Below are positions 28,104-32,000 of a DNA stretch of 32,000 nucleotides, one piece after another. The notes beneath the pieces are model-generated. The model saw only the letters and a program-made list of their open reading frames with translations, was not told where the DNA came from and ran no database searches. Origin of the DNA: Saccharolobus solfataricus (GTDB lineage Archaea > Thermoproteota > Thermoprotei_A > Sulfolobales > Sulfolobaceae); contig NZ_LT549890.1 of NCBI RefSeq assembly GCF_900079115.1, positions 1,140,001 to 1,172,000 on the forward strand, read 5' to 3'. Position 1 is the stretch's first letter. Each line of letters opens with the position of its first letter. Both the position numbers and the translations under genes were made by a program.

Positions 28104-29267
28104 TTAAGCACTTATGTAAAGCTTTATTGGAGAGAACTCCTCATGTTGTAATATCTCCGCTGAAGTTAACCTACCGTTGGCAACCCTAATCGTATAGTTG
28201 AATATTCTTTCCCCTGCTTCTTTTAAGCTAACCTTCAATTGAAGTAAATCAGAAACGTCAACGTCAATATGCTCACTCATTGTTGCAATAGTCTTTGGAT
28301 TTGCGGAAATTTTTACTACAGGAATTATCGGATGACCAACTACATTCCCTTGCCCAGTTGTAAACAAGTGAAGTACTGAACCCTTAGCGGCAAACAGCGT
28401 AACTGCCTCAGCAGCAGCAGACGAAGTATTAACGAAACACAGTCTAGATGATCCCTTCCCTAATGGATCCAAATAGTCTAACACACAAGTAATTGGTTTA
28501 GTGCCTAATTTTTGAATATTCCCTAGAGCCTTTTCCTCTATAGTCGATAATCCTCCCTTAATGTTTCCCTCAGTTGGTTGTGAGCCTAATAGGTCGACTC
28601 CTTGACTCTCAATGAAAGCAACGTATTCGTTATAAATCCTCATGAACTTATCCCTCAAAACCGGATCTTGTATCCTACTGGCTACAATGTCTTCAGCACC
28701 AGTTAACTCTGAGGTCTCTCCAAACATCACTGTTGAACCGTAATCTATCAATTTATCCACAGCATAACCGGTTGCTGGGTTTGACGCTAAACCAGATGTT
28801 GTATCGCTCTCGCCACACTTAATGCTTAAAACTAAAGATGATAGGTCCACTTCAGTCCTCTGCTTCTCACTAGCCTCTTGGACGAACTCCTTTGCCTTTC
28901 TGCTAGCTTTCTCTATTACTTTCAAATCACCATTTCCCTCAACTGGGAAGACCTCAACTGGCTTACCAGTCTCAGCTATCTTATCAGCTACCTTATTTGC
29001 CCAGTTTTCCTCAATTCCTATAACTATTGCAGCAGCTACGTTTGGATTTGCACCAGTACCAGATAATACGTGAAAGAGTAAGTCTAAATCCTTACCAAAC
29101 TGTAATCTACCGTAGGGATGGGGAATAGCTACCGTACCCCTAATTAATTTCGATACCCCTATTGAAGCGGAATTTGATAAATCATCTACTGGTATTACAG
29201 CTACGTAATTCCTAACTCCTACACTACCGTTTTCCCTAATGTAACCCCTTATTATTGGTTTTTCCAT
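28104..29267 (-). CDS. UxaA-family (altronate/galactarate-type) dehydratase, large catalytic subunit
   Basis: 387 aa. GYIRENGSVGVRNYVAVIP and downstream regions are typical of UxaA. The SAF domain is encoded separately upstream. Confidence 0.75.
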   Translation of the reverse strand: MEKPIIRGYIRENGSVGVRNYVAVIPVDDLSNSASIGVSKLIRGTVAIPHPYGRLQFGKDLDLLFHVLSGTGANPNVAAAIVIGIEENWANKVADKIAETGKPVEVFPVEGNGDLKVIEKASRKAKEFVQEASEKQRTEVDLSSLVLSIKCGESDTTSGLASNPATGYAVDKLIDYGSTVMFGETSELTGAEDIVASRIQDPVLRDKFMRIYNEYVAFIESQGVDLLGSQPTEGNIKGGLSTIEEKALGNIQKLGTKPITCVLDYLDPLGKGSSRLCFVNTSSAAAEAVTLFAAKGSVLHLFTTGQGNVVGHPIIPVVKISANPKTIATMSEHIDVDVSDLLQLKVSLKEAGERIFNYTIRVANGRLTSAEILQHEEFSPIKLYISA

Positions 29268-29551
29268 TTACCCCACCTGTTAGATCTTATATTGTGTACG
29301 TGCACATGTTCTCCTACTTTAATATCCTTTATAGCAGACCCTATTGGTCTACCATACTTTATTACAATATCGCTTTGTCTAATATCCTTTAATGCTATTT
29401 TATGACCTAAGGGTATATCGCTAATCGCCTTAATTTTAGGTCCCTGTGTCATGTCCTCGATATAAATTCCCTCAACCTCTTGTCCAGTTTTAATGTCAGC
29501 TATGGCAACTCCTACATTATCATTTTTGTTGTGGATAAGAAAATATGGCAT
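29252..29551 (-). CDS. SAF-domain small subunit of the UxaA-family dehydratase
   Basis: 99 aa. NDNVGVAIADIKTGQEV...GHKIALKDI...GEHVHVHN. Overlaps the large subunit gene by 16 nt. Confidence 0.7.
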   Translation of the reverse strand: MPYFLIHNKNDNVGVAIADIKTGQEVEGIYIEDMTQGPKIKAISDIPLGHKIALKDIRQSDIVIKYGRPIGSAIKDIKVGEHVHVHNIRSNRWGKWKNQ

Positions 29552-29643
29552 GATTTATATTAAGCAATAAGCCATATATACTTAACTGTATACAGAAACG
29601 ATCTTTTCAGCCAATCTTAATAGGGTATAATGAAATATTTCGT

Positions 29644-29722
29644 TAGTATTTTGGAAAAGTTCTTAGACTATGATCTAGTGGTATATCCTTTGCCTAAAGC
29701 TATAGACTTTCTGAAGGCACTA
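29644..29722 (+). mobile_element. 79-bp SM1-like MITE, copy C
   Basis: Identical to copy A over 79 bp. Confidence 0.8.
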
Positions 29723-29796
29723 GTGTATAAAGAAAGGACGCTGAAAGGTAGCTGGCTAAAATGTTTATTGTAGAAGAATTTACTTACAAGAAAGTC

Positions 29797-30138
29797 GGGA
29801 GTGTTCTCAAACAGTCATGAAATTCAAAAAACGTTTGTAAAAATATTGGAATAGTATGGAAAAACGCTCGTTTAACGTTTAAGATATAGAAATTTGAACA
29901 AAGACATTATTTTAGAAAAGGGTTTATGTGCAAGGGTTTACGAGGTTCATTCTAGTACTACCACAAAAAGATTTCATAACCCTCCCACATAAACCCTTTT
30001 CAAAGGCCGTTTTTCACGTTCTAATTCCTTAGCTACATCTCGATCGAAACGACTAATTGTGAAAATTTCTAGTCTGATTTAATTTTACTATATGATATCG
30101 AATAAGATGACTGCATGAGAACACTCCCGTTAATTGAG
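29797..30138. mobile_element. 342-bp MITE-like element with roughly 22-bp terminal inverted repeats
   Basis: GGGAGTGTTCTCAAACAGTCAT at 29797-29818 versus ATGACTGCATGAGAACACTCCC at 30117-30138. No ORF. Contains a perfect 16-bp inverted repeat (29915-29930 and 29986-30001). Confidence 0.5.
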
Positions 30139-30298
30139 TATGAACATATATTAAAAATGACATTAAATTCAAAGAAATCCAATTTTATTTATATTATCAG
30201 ATACATATAATTAAATTTTAGATTATTAATAATAAGAAAAACAGAGTAAATTTTCTTATGTTTGAAGAAATAATATAATACTCCTAACTAAATTTATA

Positions 30299-30611
30299 TT
30301 TGTAAGATGATTTTGGATCTACTGTTATGGACGGAGCATCCTCACCTCGCGATGAGGATTTCCTGCTTCTCAGAGAAAACCTCGATCCCCTTACCCATAG
30401 CGGAGGTTACATCGAACTGAGCTGCAATGCCCCTTATGGAAGAGGGGTTATGGAGGGTTTGCTCTCCACAAGCATTAAGGGCAGTCCCACGACCCAGCTC
30501 CTTCAGCCAAGGTCAGATTCGTTATTTATTACTTCTTGGTAATAAACTTTTCTATAAGGGGACTATCCATCCTTACGGAAGGGGACATTCGCCCCCTTAA
30601 CCTCCATTAAG
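30299..30611 (-). ncRNA. Roughly 313-nt structured non-coding RNA; candidate RNase P RNA
   Basis: GC-rich island in AT-rich DNA with no credible ORF. Minus-strand reading gives GGAUAGUCC..UUAUAG (30560-30568), GAGAGCAAACC (30456-30466), GGGUAAGGGG (30387-30396) and ACAGUAGAUCC (30315-30325). These resemble RNase P conserved regions as I recall E. coli M1 RNA. Also a 9-bp stem with GCGA tetraloop (30338-30359) and several other hairpins. I could not identify a canonical P4 3' strand. Confidence 0.45.
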
Positions 30612-30744
30612 TTAAAGAGTTTATGGCTATTTTATGGATTGAATTTCTTGATGGATATGGTTTTAAGATAAGGGCTAAGAGACTTATTGAGGCCATATCA
30701 ATCCATGATGAGTTGTTAGATCAGCTACAAAAATTAATAAGGGT

Positions 30745-31296
30745 TTACCCGAAGTTAACCTCTTTACCCTTTATCTCATCTTCGCAAATCTCTTCTGCCA
30801 TCCTTTCCACGTTATCAAAGTACTTTACCTTTACAATCTTCCTATCATCAATGTAGTCTGGGAACGATTTAGCGAAATAGTCGGTACTAAGACCAGTATT
30901 AGTCAACGCGTATATTGGTTTCCCCATTGCATAAGCCATCATTATCTCTATTTCAGTCCCCACACCACCTCCCAAGGATACTAATAAATCACCGGATCTA
31001 ACTAGGATTACGGATCTGCACCTAAATTCACAACCGGACTTAATGCAAATTACTTCCCTAGGAATTTCTATGTTTTCTTTCTCTATTGGCAATATTAAAA
31101 CTGTTTTTATATTCTCTCTTAAGGCCTCATCAACTACAACTCTCATTAGTCCCCAATATCCACCCAGTAAAAGTATTGGATTGCATGGTTTAATCGACCT
31201 TACGAATTTCCTTGCCTTTTCAGCTAACTCATGGTTAGATTCTTCGCTATGGGCAGCTATGGAAATAATCATGAGTATAATGAATCCTTTCTCCAT
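30745..31296 (-). CDS. LOG/TIGR00725-like Rossmann-fold (SLOG) protein
   Basis: 183 aa with LLLGGYWGLMRVV and SLGGGVGTEIEIMMAYAMGKPIYAL, the PGGxGTxxE-like motif of the LOG/lysine-decarboxylase-like family. Confidence 0.65.
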   Translation of the reverse strand: MEKGFIILMIISIAAHSEESNHELAEKARKFVRSIKPCNPILLLGGYWGLMRVVVDEALRENIKTVLILPIEKENIEIPREVICIKSGCEFRCRSVILVRSGDLLVSLGGGVGTEIEIMMAYAMGKPIYALTNTGLSTDYFAKSFPDYIDDRKIVKVKYFDNVERMAEEICEDEIKGKEVNFG

Positions 31297-31301
31297 TTTT
31301 A

Positions 31302-31838
31302 TTAGTATCTCTTAAACCTAATAACTATCAGAGTGATAATATCAATAACTATTAAGATTACACCTAGAACTTCCGCTATTTCCTTATACTGAAGTATATC
31401 AACCTTATGGATTGTTATTTCGAGGTCAATAGGGTAAGTAGTGTTTTTTGTCGTTACTATCTCTTGATATTTCTCTATTTTTTGATATTCGTAAACGTAT
31501 ACTATATCGTTTGATTTATTAACAACAGTAGCGTTTACCACTTTTGTTAAAGTTATGGGAAACGTTTCGTTATATATTGAAAACTCCCATTTACCAGGGG
31601 TTAATTTAAAATATGAAGGTAATTTCACAATTTTCGTATACCCGTTATGAATAATCTGAACGTAGATCGTAACGTTACTATCATTCTCAAAAAGTCTAGC
31701 CGTAACATAAGCGATCTTAGGAACTGCAATGGAATAGGGGTTTGAAATACTTATTAATGATTGAATTGGCGAATTAATAGATAACACAGATAAAACTAAC
31801 AAGGAGAAACCTATAGTGGTGAGTAAACCAAATCTCAT
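31302..31838 (-). CDS. Membrane-anchored extracellular protein of unknown function
   Basis: 178 aa. N-terminal hydrophobic signal/anchor, C-terminal TM helix (VLGVILIVIDIITLIVI), and several N-x-S/T sequons. Starts 4 nt after the upstream gene's stop; its own stop is 5 nt upstream of the LOG-like gene's start. Confidence 0.5.
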   Translation of the reverse strand: MRFGLLTTIGFSLLVLSVLSINSPIQSLISISNPYSIAVPKIAYVTARLFENDSNVTIYVQIIHNGYTKIVKLPSYFKLTPGKWEFSIYNETFPITLTKVVNATVVNKSNDIVYVYEYQKIEKYQEIVTTKNTTYPIDLEITIHKVDILQYKEIAEVLGVILIVIDIITLIVIRFKRY

Positions 31839-31842
31839 TTCA

Positions 31843-32000
31843 TCACACCTCTATCCTCTTGAACTTTAGTGCTGATATGGCGAATAATATCAATGATATC
31901 ACAGCCTCAGTATAAATTCCTACATTCAAATAAGGTACTCGTTTTTCGCTTACTGCTTCATAAATTAAAAACACATACGGGTTCGAAATAGTCGCTATGG
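31843..32000 (-). CDS. 3' end of an upstream gene (hydrophobic C-terminus); the rest lies outside the window
   Basis: Minus-strand frame is open from 32000 to the TGA at 31845-31843 (...VISLILFAISALKFKRIEV). Confidence 0.3.
   Translation of the reverse strand, partial: IATISNPYVFLIYEAVSEKRVPYLNVGIYTEAVISLILFAISALKFKRIEV

Noticed and set aside
30327-30542. 71-aa plus-strand ORF
   Set aside because: It overlaps the GC-rich structured RNA locus on the opposite strand. It has no start context or motifs and its composition reflects RNA helices.
30299-30611. SRP (7S) RNA, tRNA or C/D-box sRNA identity for the structured locus and its mini copies
   Set aside because: I saw no helix-8-type GGAA/AGCA motif arrangement, no T-loop or cloverleaf, and no properly spaced C/D boxes.

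Overview
AT-rich archaeal chromosome segment, probably Sulfolobus/Saccharolobus solfataricus. This is an inference: four insertion sequences I delimited by their inverted repeats measure 1078, 1439, 1048 and 1359 bp, matching my recollection of the ISC1078, ISC1439, ISC1048 and ISC1359 names. Content, left to right. (1) Aromatic-compound oxidation cluster, about 1-13.9 kb: partial HTH_10 regulator, Zn alcohol dehydrogenase, two tandem acetoacetate-decarboxylase-family paralogs (one broken by ISC1439), catechol 2,3-dioxygenase, DUF336 protein, ferredoxin reductase, and a multicomponent diiron monooxygenase operon. In that operon the alpha subunit is encoded as two separate genes, followed by a small subunit, Rieske ferredoxin, effector, beta subunit and a DUF59 protein. 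(2) IS junkyard, 13.9-20.8 kb: a 3-kb palindromic composite (ISC1048 between two inverted truncated IS110-type copies), vapBC, and ISC1359 nested in a decayed IS701/IS4-like transposase gene. (3) Accessory region, 20.8-32 kb: HEPN-MNT pair bracketed by about 175-bp inverted repeats, three 79-bp MITEs related to the ISC1048 ends, a thioesterase/CitE-like/GntR cassette, and a coiled-coil PD-(D/E)XK nuclease-like gene with perfect 84-bp tandem repeats. It also holds an enolase-superfamily plus split UxaA-type dehydratase operon, a 342-bp MITE-like element, a roughly 313-nt structured RNA (candidate RNase P RNA) with three about 70-nt mini-paralogs, and a LOG/TIGR00725-like operon. The most interesting signals are three. 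First, a near-palindromic box sits 37-40 nt upstream of seven start codons of the aromatic cluster. Second, the alpha subunit gene is split, and the second half has its own copy of that promoter architecture. Third, the structured RNA family and its mini copies frame the HEPN-MNT module. All calls rest on reading the sequence and ORF translations by eye; no database search was run.
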